Origin: an uncultured Actinomycetes bacterium
GTDB lineage: Bacteria; Actinomycetota; UBA4738; HRBIN12
Length of the DNA: 64,000 nucleotides
Reading direction: 5' to 3'
Assembly (NCBI GenBank): GCA_963816425.1
Contig: CAWFKP010000006.1
Span: 747,787-811,786, forward strand
Shown here piece by piece: positions 1 through 13,159 of this stretch (positions within the stretch are counted from its first letter, which is position 1; every line of letters begins with the position of its first letter). The notes below the pieces were generated by a model. It was not told where the DNA came from and ran no database searches. It was given only the letters and a program-made list of their open reading frames with translations. The position numbers were made by a program, and so were the translations under genes.

Positions 1-498
1 CCCGTCGAACAGGAATCGGAGCTCCGGATCGATCTGCCCGTGAAGGCGTTCATCCCGCCGGGGTGGCTCGCCCAGGAGGCGCTGCGGCTGGAGCTGTACA
101 GACGGATCGGCATGGCGCGCGACCACGAGGGGCTCGCGATGATCCGCAACGAGACCGCCGACCGTTTCGGGGCGCTGCCCGATCCGGTGGAGGTGTTGTT
201 CGCGATCGGCTCGCTACGCCTGACGGCGCAGGCGCTCGGCGTCCAGGAGATCACCACGTACCGGGATCAGGTCCGGATCAAGCCGGTCACGTTGTCGGAG
301 GTCGTGGAGCTCGGCCTGTCGGCCGTGATCAAGGGGGCGACGTTCGCCGAGCCCACGAGCACGCTGAACCTCGTGCCGGGGCGCGTCTTCGGCGCGGATC
401 TCGTCCGGTGGGTGGAGTCACGGCTGCGACAGGCGGTGGGGGAGCCGACCGACCCGGGGCTGCCGCCGCTGGCCGCCGCAACGCCGCCCGCCTCGTAG
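1..498 (+). CDS. mfd: Transcription-repair coupling factor, C-terminal TRCF domain (5' truncated by window)
   Basis: RIDLPVKAFIP...LRLELYRRI...DRFGALP motif of the TRCF domain; lies upstream of mazG/eno as in Actinobacteria. Confidence 0.9.
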   Translation, partial: PVEQESELRIDLPVKAFIPPGWLAQEALRLELYRRIGMARDHEGLAMIRNETADRFGALPDPVEVLFAIGSLRLTAQALGVQEITTYRDQVRIKPVTLSEVVELGLSAVIKGATFAEPTSTLNLVPGRVFGADLVRWVESRLRQAVGEPTDPGLPPLAAATPPAS

Positions 499-507
499 AC
501 TTCTTGC

Positions 508-1553
508 ATGCATCCCCCCAAGCGATCCTTCTTGCGTGCCCTGGTGGGCGTCGTCGTGCTCGTGATGCTGGCGACCGCGTGCTCGGACAACACGCCCGCC
601 CCCGACGCCGCGGCCTCCGTCGGCGGCAGCGACATCACGATGGCGCAGCTGGCCAGCACCGCGGCGGTGTTCCAGAGCATCGCCTCGCTGCAGCAGTCCA
701 CCTGCGGTCAGGTCGACGGCCCCACCGACACGCAGCCGGCCGCCTGCAACCGGTTCTCGCTCGGCGCGATGATCCAGTTCCGGATGGCCGAGACCTACGC
801 GGCGGCCAACGGCATCACGGTCAACGACGCCGACGTGCAAAAGACCCTCGACTCCTTCCAGAAGAACGTCGGCGCGGACGTGCTGTCTGCGCAGCTCACG
901 GCGAGCAACGCGACGCTCGACGATGTGCGCGAGTTGGTGCGCCTGTCCCTCGTCCAGGAGGCGGTCGCCAAGGCGGTGACGGCCGCGCAGTTGGGGGAGG
1001 AAGAACTGCAGAAGCGCTACCACCAGCAGATCGCCGACTACACCACGCTGCACGTCGACCACATCCTTGTGGACTCCGAGGCGAAGGCCCAGGCGATCTA
1101 CGACCAGGTGACGGCACCCGGGTTCCCCTGGCTGACTTCCAAGCGTTGGCGAAGAAGGAGTCGACCGACCCCAACGCGCCTCAGGACGGCGGGGAGCTCA
1201 CGTTGCCTGCCGGCCAGCTCGTGAGCGAGTTCGCCGACGCCGCGCTCGCGCTGAAAGACGGCGAGATCTCCCAGCCGGTGCAGACGCAGTACGGCTGGCA
1301 CGTCATCTGGAAGCTCGGCGAGCAGGTCATGCCCTTCGACCAGGCTCGCGACCAGATCCTGCAGGGCGCGCAGGTCGACGAGTTCGGCGCCTGGATGCGC
1401 CAGCAGAACGCAGACGGCCAGATCACCGTCGATCCGAGCTTCGGCCGCTTCGACGACCAGCAACTCCAGGTCGTGCGGATCGCGAGCACCGATCCGAGTG
1501 CCACGGTGTCGCCGTCGGTCGATGCGGTGAACGGCATCCCCGCCTCGCCGTGA
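508..1553 (+). CDS. PrsA/SurA-like parvulin peptidyl-prolyl isomerase lipoprotein (frameshift near 1125)
   Basis: Lipobox LATAC; HILVDSEAKA in ORF 508-1224 continues as FQALAKKESTD...GGEL...SQPVQTQYGWHVI in the frame ending at 1553. Confidence 0.8.
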
Positions 1554-2358
1554 GCGAGCCGCCCGCGGACGGGCCGGTGCCGGCGTCGCAGGGAGGGCAG
1601 CGCGTGCTCGACCTGATCCGCGTGCAGGCGCGCCTGCGCGAGCCAGACGGGTGTCCGTGGGACCAGGAGCAGACGCATCGAACGCTCGCGCGGCATCTGC
1701 TGGAGGAGACGCATGAGCTGCTCGAGGCGATCGACGCCGACGATGACGCGGGGCTGCGCGACGAGTTGGGCGATCTGCTCCTGCAGGTGACCTTCCATGC
1801 GCAGATCGCGGCCGACGAGGGTCGGTGGGACATCGACGACGTCGCCGAGGGTCTGGTCGCCAAGCTGGTGCACCGACATCCGCACGTGTTCGGCGATCTC
1901 GAGGTCGCCGACGCAGACGAGGTGCTCGTGAACTGGGAGCGCCTCAAGGCGGAGGAGACCGGCGGGCGCAAGGCGGTCGACGCCGACATCCCGGCGTCAT
2001 TGCCGGCTCTCGCCCGGGCGGGAAAGGTGCAGCGCCGCGCGGCCGGATGGGGCTTCACGTGGCGCAGCGTCGCGCAGGCGCTCGCCAAGCTCGACGAGGA
2101 GGTCGCGGAGCTGGCCGACGCCGTCGACGATCCGGATCGAGCCGAGGAGGAGCTGGGCGACGTGCTCCTCGCCGTGGTCGGGGTCTCGCAGATGCTCGGT
2201 GTGGATGCCGAATCCGCGCTGCGACGCGCGACGACCAGGTTCGCCGCGCGCGCGGAAGGCACGCTCGCGCTCGCGAAGGAGCGCGGGCTCGATCCGGCGG
2301 CGCTGGCCGACGACGAGCTGCTTGCGCTCTATGACGAGGCGAAGGGCAGCGTCGAGTC

Positions 2359-2362
<4 letters not shown>
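1550..2362 (+). CDS. mazG: Nucleoside triphosphate pyrophosphohydrolase MazG
   Basis: GCPWDQEQTH, EETHELLEAI, ELGDLLLQV, RHPHVFG, and a second EEELGD motif. Confidence 0.95.
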
Positions 2363-4824
<2,462 letters not shown>

Positions 4825-4828
<4 letters not shown>

Positions 4829-5769
4829 CCCGAGGGAAAGCGGATCTCCGTCGCCTCGCAGACCCACTCGTAGCCGATGCGCCGATAGATCGCGTTCGAG
4901 GTCGGATTGGCCAGATCGGTGTGCAGGTAGCAGCGCGTGGCGCCGTGGGCGAGCGCCTCCGCGCTCGCGTGGGCGACGAGCGCCGTCGCGTATCCACGGC
5001 CGCGCAGAGCGGGCGGCGTGTAGACCGGGCCGACGCGGGCGCCTCCGGGCGGGGCGAGGCTCGCACCCGTCAACGACACGACCGCGCCGTCGGCCTCCCA
5101 GAACCAGTAGCCGCCTTCGGCGATCAGCGCGTCGATGCGTCGACGGATCGCAGCCTCGTCACCGACGTGGTCCGGCACCGCCTCGGCGAGGAACGCCTCG
5201 TGCCAGTCGAGGAGGAGCGCGAGGTCATCGGCGTCGGCCAGTCGAGGCCCTCCGTCCGCCGACCCCCGGTCCCGGATCGTCGTCAGCTCGTAGATCCCCT
5301 GCCGGTTGATCGTGCGGTGATCGCCGCCGTGCCGGGCGCCCCATGCGTCGGCGAACGCGTGCGCCTCGACGACGCCGCCGACGACACCGGGCGGACGGAC
5401 GTCCGCGTCGTCGATCGCATCGACGAGCAGATCGACCACCTCGGCGATCCCCGGCTCGGCCAGCACGATGTTGTGCGGCGGCGTCTGCATCGCCGCGCCG
5501 ACGATCTCGCCGTGGTCCTCGACGATCCACAGGTGGAACTCGGGGTAGGTGGTCGGATGCCGCTGCAGGGTGTCGAGGAGCGCGAGGTACAGGTTGTGGC
5601 GTGCAGGCGCGCGCAGCAGGAACGGCAGCACGTGACCGGCGTAGTCGGCCGGATCGTCGAGGCGCCGGGCTTCCATCTCGGCGATGGTACGGGCTTCAGC
5701 TGGGAGCCGCGGGACGGCCGTCGGAGGCCCGGGGGCGCCCGGCTGCGCGATCGGGGTTCGCAGCCGCAT
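4825..5769 (-). CDS. GNAT family acetyltransferase (true start probably the internal MEARRLDD near 5675)
   Basis: RVGPVYTPPALRGRGYA, LHTDLANPTSNAIYRRIGY. Confidence 0.85.
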
Positions 5770-5798
5770 TGACGTGCGGGTTCCCTCTCCCGCACACT
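5769..5798 (+). promoter_or_regulatory. Putative sigma70-type promoter for the S1-protein/DUF501-ppx operon
   Basis: TTGACG (5769-5774), 18-nt spacer, CACACT (5793-5798). Confidence 0.4.
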
Positions 5799-5846
5799 TG
5801 GCCCCTCCCTCGGGACGAGCTCGGGGATGAACGGGAGGAGAGCCAG

Positions 5847-6209
5847 ATCGCTATCGAGGTCGGCGCCACGATCCAAGCGACCGTCGCGCGCATCGAGAAC
5901 TACGGCGCGTTCCTGCAGCTCGAAGACGGACGCATGGGGCTGGTCCACATCTCCGAGATCGACCGGAACTACGTGAAGGACGTCCGGGAGCATCTCCGGG
6001 AAGGGGACACCGTCGAGGCGAAGGTCGTTGCGATCAAGGACGACGGGAAGATCGACCTCTCGATCAAGGCGCTCCAGGACCCCGCGCCGCCCCGTCCGTC
6101 GCGACGCGGCTCGGACCCGGAGTTCGAGACGATGCTGAAGAAGTTCATGCGGCAGAGCGAAGAGCGCCAGGTGGACTTCCGCCGGGCCACCGAGCACAAG
6201 CGCAAGTAG
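5847..6209 (+). CDS. YabR/YugI-like S1 RNA-binding domain protein, probable ATC start
   Basis: (I)AIEVG...YGAFLQL...GLVHISEIDRNYVKDV...KIDLSIK...FETMLKKFMRQSEER resembles Bacillus YabR; Shine-Dalgarno GGGAGGAG lies 6 nt before ATC. Confidence 0.85.
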   Translation: MAIEVGATIQATVARIENYGAFLQLEDGRMGLVHISEIDRNYVKDVREHLREGDTVEAKVVAIKDDGKIDLSIKALQDPAPPRPSRRGSDPEFETMLKKFMRQSEERQVDFRRATEHKRK

Positions 6210-6219
6210 CCGGGGCGCG

Positions 6220-7626
6220 ATGCCGCCCGAATTGCGCGCCGCCGACCTGGAGACGGTGCGGACGCAACTGGGCCGCGAGCCGACCACCACCTTCGACGTG
6301 GTCGCGCGCTGCGGGTCGGGGCACCCGCTGGTGATCCGCAACCAACCGCTCGACGCCCGCGGCGACCCCTTCCCCACGACCTTCTGGCTGACCTGCCCCG
6401 ACGCGGTGAAGGCCGTCTCGCGGGTCGAGTCGGCGGGATGGATCGCCCGTCTCAACGAGCGTTTCGACAACGACGCCGCGTTCCGCGCCCAGGTGGAACG
6501 CGCCCACGCCGAGGCGGCCGTGGAACGCGAGCGGTTGCTGCCCGGGTCGCGCGACCAGGGAGGCGTCGGCGGGACGCGGCGGGGCGTGAAGTGCCTGCAC
6601 GCCCACTACGCGAACCACCTCGCGGGCGGTGACGACGACGTCGGCGCGTGGGTGGCCGATCGAGTCGAGCCGATCCACGCGTCGGATGCGTCGAGCGAAC
6701 GCATCGCGGTGGTCGATCAGGGCACGCACTCGTGCCGTCTGCTCGTGGTCGAGCGCCGTGCCGACGATGCGCTCCAGGAGCTCGCCGAGGACATGATCAT
6801 CACGAAGCTCGGACAGGGCGTCGACGCCACGGGGGCCCTGGATGCCGAGGCGCTGGCGCGGACCGAGACGGTCCTGGCGCGATACTGCCGCCGCGCCCGG
6901 GCGCTCGGCGCACACCGGATCCGCGTGGCGGCCACCAGCGCGGTGCGCGATGCCTCGAACCGGGACGTGTTCGTCGCGATGGTGCGACGCCATGCGGACA
7001 CCGACCCCGAGGTGATCGCCGGCGAAGAGGAGGCGCGGTTGGCGTTCCTGGGGGGTACCCGTGGGCTGCCGACCGAGGACGGACCCTTCCTGCTGGTCGA
7101 CATCGGCGGCGGCTCGACCGAGTTCGTCGTCGGTCGCGAGCCGGGCCGGGCCGACCGAGCCACCAGCACGCAGATGGGGTCGGTTCGGCTGACGGAGCGG
7201 CACCTGCACCGCGATCCGCCGGCCGCCGGCGAGATCAAGGCGGTCCGGCAGGCGGTGAGCAGCGTCCTGTCCGAGGCCGAATTGGCGGTCCCCGAGATCC
7301 ACACCGCGCGTACCTTCGTCTCCGTGGCCGGCACCGCGACGACGATCCAGGCGATCGCCCTGGGCCTGGATCGCTACGACCCCGACGCGATCCATCGGTC
7401 GTGGCTGCGACTCGCCGACGCCGAGAGGGTCCTGGCCGACCTCGGGGGCATGACCAATGTGGAGCGCGCGGCGATCCCGGTCATGGCGCCGGGGCGAGGC
7501 GACGTGATCGTGGCCGGCGCCGTGATCCTGACCGAGACGATGCGACGCTTCGGGTTCGATCGCACGCTTGTCTCCGAGACCGACATCCTCTGGGGCCTGG
7601 CCCTGGACACGCTTGGCGTCCGGTAA
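6220..7626 (+). CDS. ppx: DUF501 domain fused to Ppx/GppA exopolyphosphatase
   Basis: N-terminal PFPTTFWLTCP...VKCLHAH (DUF501); C-terminal VDQGTHSCRL, ATSAVRDASN, DIGGGSTE, GRGDVIVAG. Confidence 0.9.
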   Translation: MPPELRAADLETVRTQLGREPTTTFDVVARCGSGHPLVIRNQPLDARGDPFPTTFWLTCPDAVKAVSRVESAGWIARLNERFDNDAAFRAQVERAHAEAAVERERLLPGSRDQGGVGGTRRGVKCLHAHYANHLAGGDDDVGAWVADRVEPIHASDASSERIAVVDQGTHSCRLLVVERRADDALQELAEDMIITKLGQGVDATGALDAEALARTETVLARYCRRARALGAHRIRVAATSAVRDASNRDVFVAMVRRHADTDPEVIAGEEEARLAFLGGTRGLPTEDGPFLLVDIGGGSTEFVVGREPGRADRATSTQMGSVRLTERHLHRDPPAAGEIKAVRQAVSSVLSEAELAVPEIHTARTFVSVAGTATTIQAIALGLDRYDPDAIHRSWLRLADAERVLADLGGMTNVERAAIPVMAPGRGDVIVAGAVILTETMRRFGFDRTLVSETDILWGLALDTLGVR

Positions 7627-7638
7627 CCTGAGCGCCCC

Positions 7639-8532
7639 ATGCCGAGCAAGTCCCGCGATCGACACCTGGCCAAGAACGCCGAACGACGACGTCTGGAGCG
7701 CACCCGGGCCAAGCGATCCAAGCAGGCCGCGCTCGGCGTCGGCGGCGTCATCGCGGCCGTGTTGCTGATCCTCGTCGGCATCGGCATCCTGTCCCGCGAC
7801 AGCCAGCGGGCGACCGATGCCACCCCGTCCCCATCGGTGTCGGCGCCGGGCGGATCGTCCTCGCCCACGAAGACCGGCACCGTCACCCCCCAGGGAAGCC
7901 CGGCCGACACGGTCGCGTGCGGGGCGGACGTGCCGTCGGCCGCCGCGAAGCCGAAGCCGCAGTTCGATCGGGCGCCGACGCCCGACGAGGTGCTGAAGAA
8001 GGACACGACCTATACCGCCGTGATCGAAACGTCCTGCGGCACCATCAAGGTGGAGCTCGACGACAAGGCGGCGCCGCAGACAGTCGCGAGCTTCGTCTTC
8101 CTGGCCGAACAGGGGTACTTCGACGGCCAATTCGTCACGCGCGTCGTCGATTCGATCGATGTCGTGCAGGCGGGCGATCCGACGGGCACCGGTGGGGGCG
8201 GGCCGGGGTATGCGATCCCCGACGAGCTCGGCGCCAAGGTCCACTACGCACCGGGAACGATCGCGATGGCCAACTCCGGGCCGAACACCGGGGGCAGCCA
8301 GTTCTTCCTGATCAGCGGGCCGGAGGGTGCGAACCTGGACGGCAACCCGAGCTACACCATCTTCGGGCACGTCACCGAAGGGCTCGACGTCGCCAAGCAG
8401 ATCAACGGCTTCATGAAGACCCACGACGGGAGCTACGACGGACCGCCGACCGAAGCGGTCTACCTCGAGAAGGTCACGATCGAGCAGACGAAGACGCCGC
8501 CGGCCTCCCCGTCGCCCAGTTCGAGCGGCTGA
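7639..8532 (+). CDS. Membrane-anchored cyclophilin-type PPIase
   Basis: TM helix; APQTVASF, QAGDPTGTGGGGPGY, AMANSGPNTGGSQFF, YTIFGHV. Confidence 0.92.
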   Translation: MPSKSRDRHLAKNAERRRLERTRAKRSKQAALGVGGVIAAVLLILVGIGILSRDSQRATDATPSPSVSAPGGSSSPTKTGTVTPQGSPADTVACGADVPSAAAKPKPQFDRAPTPDEVLKKDTTYTAVIETSCGTIKVELDDKAAPQTVASFVFLAEQGYFDGQFVTRVVDSIDVVQAGDPTGTGGGGPGYAIPDELGAKVHYAPGTIAMANSGPNTGGSQFFLISGPEGANLDGNPSYTIFGHVTEGLDVAKQINGFMKTHDGSYDGPPTEAVYLEKVTIEQTKTPPASPSPSSSG

Positions 8533-8535
8533 GGT

Positions 8536-9858
8536 CTACAGCCGCTCGACGTGCGGCTCGTCGATGCCCACCGTGGCCCCCCGCGCGTCGAACACGAGCG
8601 CCGCCGCCCGGACGATCGCGTGCAGATCGATCTGGGGATGCGGCGTCAGCAGGACCACGGCGTCGACGTCGGCGACCGTGGCGGCGTCGGGCGTCACCGA
8701 ACGCAGCTCCTCGCCCGCGATCGTGACCGCGGGCACCATCGGGTCGTGGAAGGAGATGCGCGCGCCCTTGGCGGCGAGTCGCTCGAGCACGGTGACCGAC
8801 GGCGAGCCCCGCAGGTCGTCGACGCCGGCCTTGAAGGCCACGCCGATCCCCAGGACGCGTGAGCCGTTGACCGCCTTGCCCGCACGGTTGAGCGCCTCCG
8901 CGACCCGGGTCGCCACGTACTCGGGCATGCGGTTGTTGACCTCGTTCGCGTGCTCGATGAACCCCACTCGATAGCCGAGCTGCTGGCCCGCGCGCCACGA
9001 GAGGTAGGTCGGGTCGATCGCGATGCAGTGGCCGCCGACGCCCGGTCCGGGCCAGAATGCCTGATAGCCGAATGGCTTGGTGGCGGCCGCGTGCAGGGCC
9101 TCCCAGATGTCGACCCCGAGGTCCTTGGCCATCACCGCCAGCTCGTTGACGAGCGCGATGTTCACCTGGCGGTAGGTGTTCTCGATCAGCTTGGCCATCT
9201 CGGCCTCGCGCGGGCTCGAGGTGACCGCGATCGAGTGCACGATCGGCGCGTAGAACGACACTGCCAGGTCGCGACAGCGCTCGGTGAGCCCGCTCACGAT
9301 CTTCGGCGTGTCCTGGATCTGATGGTGGCTCTGGCCGGGGTCGATGCGTTCGGGGGAGTATCCGAGGGCGAAGTCGACGCCGGCAACGAGTCCGCCGGTT
9401 TCGAGGATCGGACGCAGGTACTCCTCGGTCGTGCCCGGCCACGTGGTGGACTCGAGGATGACCAGCATCCCGGGGCGCAGCTGCGCGGCGACCGCGGCCG
9501 CGGCGTCGCCGACCATCGACAGGTCGGGAGCGCCATCGGCCAAGGGCGTCGGCAGGCAGAGCACGACGATGTCCGCGGCTGCCAGCGCCCGCGGGTCCTC
9601 CGCATACGTGACCCGGTCCAGCGAGGTCAGCTCCGAGGCAAGGATGTCGGCCAGATAGGAGCGCCCGGCGCGGAGCGAGGCGATCTTGTCCGCGTCGGTG
9701 TCGAATCCGATCGCCGGGTAGCCGGCGCGCCGGATCGCAACGAGCAACGGCAGGCCGACGTAGCCCAGCCCGACCACCGCGACGACTGCCTCGCGCTCGC
9801 GGATCGTGCCTGCGAGCCGTTCGAGTGGATCGAGGTCTGGTGGGGAAACGAGGTCCAT
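8536..9858 (-). CDS. UDP-N-acetylhexosamine/nucleotide-sugar dehydrogenase (WbpA/WecC family)
   Basis: GLGYVGLP, ESTTWPGTT, SPERIDPG, KLIENTYRQVNIA, GVGGHCI. Confidence 0.92.
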   Translation of the reverse strand: MDLVSPPDLDPLERLAGTIREREAVVAVVGLGYVGLPLLVAIRRAGYPAIGFDTDADKIASLRAGRSYLADILASELTSLDRVTYAEDPRALAAADIVVLCLPTPLADGAPDLSMVGDAAAAVAAQLRPGMLVILESTTWPGTTEEYLRPILETGGLVAGVDFALGYSPERIDPGQSHHQIQDTPKIVSGLTERCRDLAVSFYAPIVHSIAVTSSPREAEMAKLIENTYRQVNIALVNELAVMAKDLGVDIWEALHAAATKPFGYQAFWPGPGVGGHCIAIDPTYLSWRAGQQLGYRVGFIEHANEVNNRMPEYVATRVAEALNRAGKAVNGSRVLGIGVAFKAGVDDLRGSPSVTVLERLAAKGARISFHDPMVPAVTIAGEELRSVTPDAATVADVDAVVLLTPHPQIDLHAIVRAAALVFDARGATVGIDEPHVERL

Positions 9859-9880
9859 CGGGCTCCAGCCGGTCGGACGG

Positions 9881-10906
9881 TCAGGGTACCGCCGGCGTCG
9901 CCGGCGCCGCAACGGGATCGGTCAGCCAGGCATCGATCGCCTGGCGAAGCTCCCGCCGTATCGGCTCCTCGGCGAAGCTGGCATCGACCGCGGTGCGTGC
10001 GATCGCCGCGAGGTCGTCGTCATCCAGCGACCATGCATCGCGAGCCGCGACGTAGACCTCGGTGAGCCATCCACCGAACATCTCGGGATCGTCGCTGTTG
10101 AGGGTGACGACGACGCCGGCGTCGCGAAGCGCGGGGAAAGGATGGGCGGCCAGGTCCGGATACGAGCCGGTGGCGACGTTCGAGATCGGGCTGACCTCCA
10201 GCGGCATGCCTCGTCGCGCCAACTCGGCGACCAGGGCCGCGTCCTCGATCGCACGGACGCCGTGGCCGATCCGATCCGGACGGTAGTGCTCCAGCGTGGC
10301 CCACACGTTGTCCGGCCCGGCCCATTCGCCCGCGTGCGGCACGCTCTTCAGTCCGGCGGCCGCGGCGGCGCGGAAATGCCGTGCGAACGGTTCGATGCCG
10401 GTTCGCTCGCTGCCGGCACAATTCAGCGCCACCACGCCGCGGCCCGCATATCGGAGCGCGACCTCCAGCGTGCGGTCGGCGTCGTCCATCCCGGCGTCGC
10501 GCACGATGTCGGGGCACAGACGCACCGTGACGCCGTGCGCGCGCTCGCCCGCCGCGAGCCCGTCCAGGACCGCCTCGATCGGACCGTGCCAGTCGCCGCC
10601 CAGGCGCCGCGCATGGTTCCCGGGGCTGAAGACCGTCTCCGCGTAGCGGACCCCCGTGGCGGCGAGGTCGCCGCAGAACTCCTCGGCGATCCGTCGGAAG
10701 TCTTCCAGCGAGGTGAGCAGCCGACAGAGCTCGAGGTAGTTGCCGATGAAGTCCAGCGGTCCCTCGAACGTCCAGCCGTCCCGGCGCAGGCCGTGGGGCA
10801 GCGCCGTGCTGTCGCGGGCGGCCAGTTCCCGCAGGGTGTCGATCCGCACGCTGCCCTCCAGGTGGATGTGCAGCTCCGCCTTCGGCAGGGATCGGAGGTC
10901 GCGCAT
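9881..10906 (-). CDS. add: Adenosine/adenine deaminase
   Basis: LPKAELHIHLEG, PHAGE, RIGHG, SPISN, NSDDP. Confidence 0.92.
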   Translation of the reverse strand: MRDLRSLPKAELHIHLEGSVRIDTLRELAARDSTALPHGLRRDGWTFEGPLDFIGNYLELCRLLTSLEDFRRIAEEFCGDLAATGVRYAETVFSPGNHARRLGGDWHGPIEAVLDGLAAGERAHGVTVRLCPDIVRDAGMDDADRTLEVALRYAGRGVVALNCAGSERTGIEPFARHFRAAAAAGLKSVPHAGEWAGPDNVWATLEHYRPDRIGHGVRAIEDAALVAELARRGMPLEVSPISNVATGSYPDLAAHPFPALRDAGVVVTLNSDDPEMFGGWLTEVYVAARDAWSLDDDDLAAIARTAVDASFAEEPIRRELRQAIDAWLTDPVAAPATPAVP

Positions 10907-10945
10907 GCCTCGATGGTAGCCGCGCGCGCCGCGTAGCCTGGACCG

Positions 10946-11707
10946 ATGGCTCGCTACACGTACGGCGATTCGGTGTTGGCGGGCGATCGTCTTGCGCTGG
11001 TGGCCAGGCTGTTCGGTCCAACCAGCGAGGCGTTCGTGCGAGCGGCGGCGCCGACGGAGCCCGAGGTGGCGATCGACCTCGGCTGTGGGCCGGGCCGCAC
11101 GACGGAGCTCCTGCTCGAGACGGCTCGGGCGCGACGCACGATCGGCATCGACCGCTCGGAGCTCTTCGCGCGGCGGGCGCACGGCGACGTGCCCGGTCTC
11201 GCGTTCGTCACGGCCGACGTTGCGACGGGATCGCTGCCGATCGTGCGCGCCGATCTCGTCTACGCTCGACTCCTCCTGGCTCATCTCGCCGACCCGATCG
11301 CCGTCGTCGGTCGATGGTCAACCATATTGACCATCGGGGGTCGTGTGCTCGTCGACGATCTCGAGTCGATCGACACCGACGACGATGTCTTCCGGGAGTA
11401 TCTCGATGACGTGGCCCTCGCGGTGATCCGCGCGCAGGGGGGCGTGCTGTTCGTCGGACCCCCGTTGCACGAGGCGGCCGACCCGCCCGGCATCGAACGC
11501 GTGCACGATCGGGTCTCGGCCTTCGCGCCTCCCGCGATCGATACCGCGCGGGTGTTCGCGATGAACCTGGCGGTGCTGACGGATCGTGGCGAGGTCGCCG
11601 CCCGCCCGGCGCTGGCCGCGGCGCTGGAGGCGATCGCGACCGGCGCCCGCGCGGCCGAGTCGGTGCGCTGGCGCGTGCGGCAGCTGGCGTGGGAGCGGAG
11701 CCGCTAG
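10946..11707 (+). CDS. Class I SAM-dependent methyltransferase
   Basis: IDLGCGPGRTT motif I; GIDRS; ADLVYAR. Confidence 0.85.
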   Translation: MARYTYGDSVLAGDRLALVARLFGPTSEAFVRAAAPTEPEVAIDLGCGPGRTTELLLETARARRTIGIDRSELFARRAHGDVPGLAFVTADVATGSLPIVRADLVYARLLLAHLADPIAVVGRWSTILTIGGRVLVDDLESIDTDDDVFREYLDDVALAVIRAQGGVLFVGPPLHEAADPPGIERVHDRVSAFAPPAIDTARVFAMNLAVLTDRGEVAARPALAAALEAIATGARAAESVRWRVRQLAWERSR

Positions 11708-11716
11708 GCTCCGGCG

Positions 11717-13147
11717 ATGCACGCAAACCTGATCGCGGGGGACTGGGTCGAGGCTCCCACCGCGCTCGAGGATCGCAATCCGTCCGACCTGTCCGATGTG
11801 ATCGGCGAGTACGCGTCCGCCGACGCCGCGCAGACGGACGCCGCGATCGATGCGGCGATTGCGGCGGCGCCGGCCTGGGCAGTGGCGACGCCGCAGGAGC
11901 GGAGCGCGGCGCTGGAGACCGTCGGGCTCGAGCTCGCCGCCAGGGCCGAAGAGCTCGGCGAGCAACTCTCCCGGGAGGAGGGGAAGCCGCGGGCCGAGGG
12001 GATCGGCGAGGTGCAGCGCGCGTCCCAGATCTTTCGGTTCTTCGCGGGCGAGGCACTGCGCGTGCCGGGGGAGCACGTCCGGAGCGTCCGCCCCGGCGTC
12101 GACGTCGACATCCTGCGTGAGCCGCTCGGGGTGGTCGGCATCATCACGCCATGGAACTTCCCGATCGCGATCCCGGCGTGGAAGATCGCACCGGCGCTGG
12201 CGTATGGGTGCACGGTCGTGTGCAAGCCCGCCGAGCTCGTGCCCGCGAGCGCCTGGTCCCTTGCCGAGATCATCTCCCGCTCCGGCGTGCCCGAGGGCGT
12301 GTTCAACCTGGTGATCGGCCCCGGCCGCGTGGTCGGCGAGCGGCTGGTGCACGATCCGCGCGTACGCGGCGTCACGTTCACGGGCTCCCAGGCCGTCGGC
12401 GTCGGTGTCGCGACGGGGATGGCCGCTCGGTTCGGTCGCTCCCAGCTCGAGATGGGCGGCAAGAATCCGCTCGTGATCCTCGACGACGCCGACCTGGACA
12501 TCGCGGTGGACTGCGCGATCCAGGGGGCGTTCTACCAGACCGGGCAGCGGTGCACGGCGAGCAGCCGGTTGATCGCGACATCGGGCATCCACGATCGGTT
12601 CGTGGAGGCGACCGTCGAGCGCATGCGCGCGCTCGAGGTCGGGCACGCCCTCGCGGCGGGGACCCAGATCGGGCCGGTGGTCTCGGTGGAGCAGTTCACG
12701 CAGGACGAGGACTACCTGGCGGTGGGCGTCGAGGAGGGAGCCGAGCTCGCGTTCGGGGGGCGGCGTCTCGAGCGCGACACCGAGGGCTATTACCTGGAGC
12801 CGGCGCTGCTCGTCGAAACCCGCAACGACATGCGTGTGAATCGCGAGGAGATCTTCGGGCCGATCGCGACCGTGGTCCGCGCCGACGATCCCGAGGACGC
12901 GCTCGCGCTCGCCAATGACACCGAGTTCGGATTGTCCGCCGGCGTGTGCACGACCTCGCTGCGGCATGCGGCGCGGTTCCGCGACGGCCTCCAGGCCGGG
13001 ATCGTGACGGTCAACCTGCCCACCGCGGGGGTCGACTACCACGTGCCGTTCGGTGGCACGAAGGGGTCCTCGAGTGGCACGCGGGAGCAGGGCCGCTACG
13101 CGGTCGAGTTCTTCACCACGGTCAAGACGGCCTACGTGCGGCCGTGA
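11717..13147 (+). CDS. Aldehyde dehydrogenase (alpha-ketoglutaric semialdehyde dehydrogenase-like)
   Basis: ITPWNFP, FTGS, LEMGGKNP, GQRCTAS, EEIFGP, PFGG. Confidence 0.95.
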   Translation: MHANLIAGDWVEAPTALEDRNPSDLSDVIGEYASADAAQTDAAIDAAIAAAPAWAVATPQERSAALETVGLELAARAEELGEQLSREEGKPRAEGIGEVQRASQIFRFFAGEALRVPGEHVRSVRPGVDVDILREPLGVVGIITPWNFPIAIPAWKIAPALAYGCTVVCKPAELVPASAWSLAEIISRSGVPEGVFNLVIGPGRVVGERLVHDPRVRGVTFTGSQAVGVGVATGMAARFGRSQLEMGGKNPLVILDDADLDIAVDCAIQGAFYQTGQRCTASSRLIATSGIHDRFVEATVERMRALEVGHALAAGTQIGPVVSVEQFTQDEDYLAVGVEEGAELAFGGRRLERDTEGYYLEPALLVETRNDMRVNREEIFGPIATVVRADDPEDALALANDTEFGLSAGVCTTSLRHAARFRDGLQAGIVTVNLPTAGVDYHVPFGGTKGSSSGTREQGRYAVEFFTTVKTAYVRP

Positions 13148-13159
13148 GTGCCTGGGACG

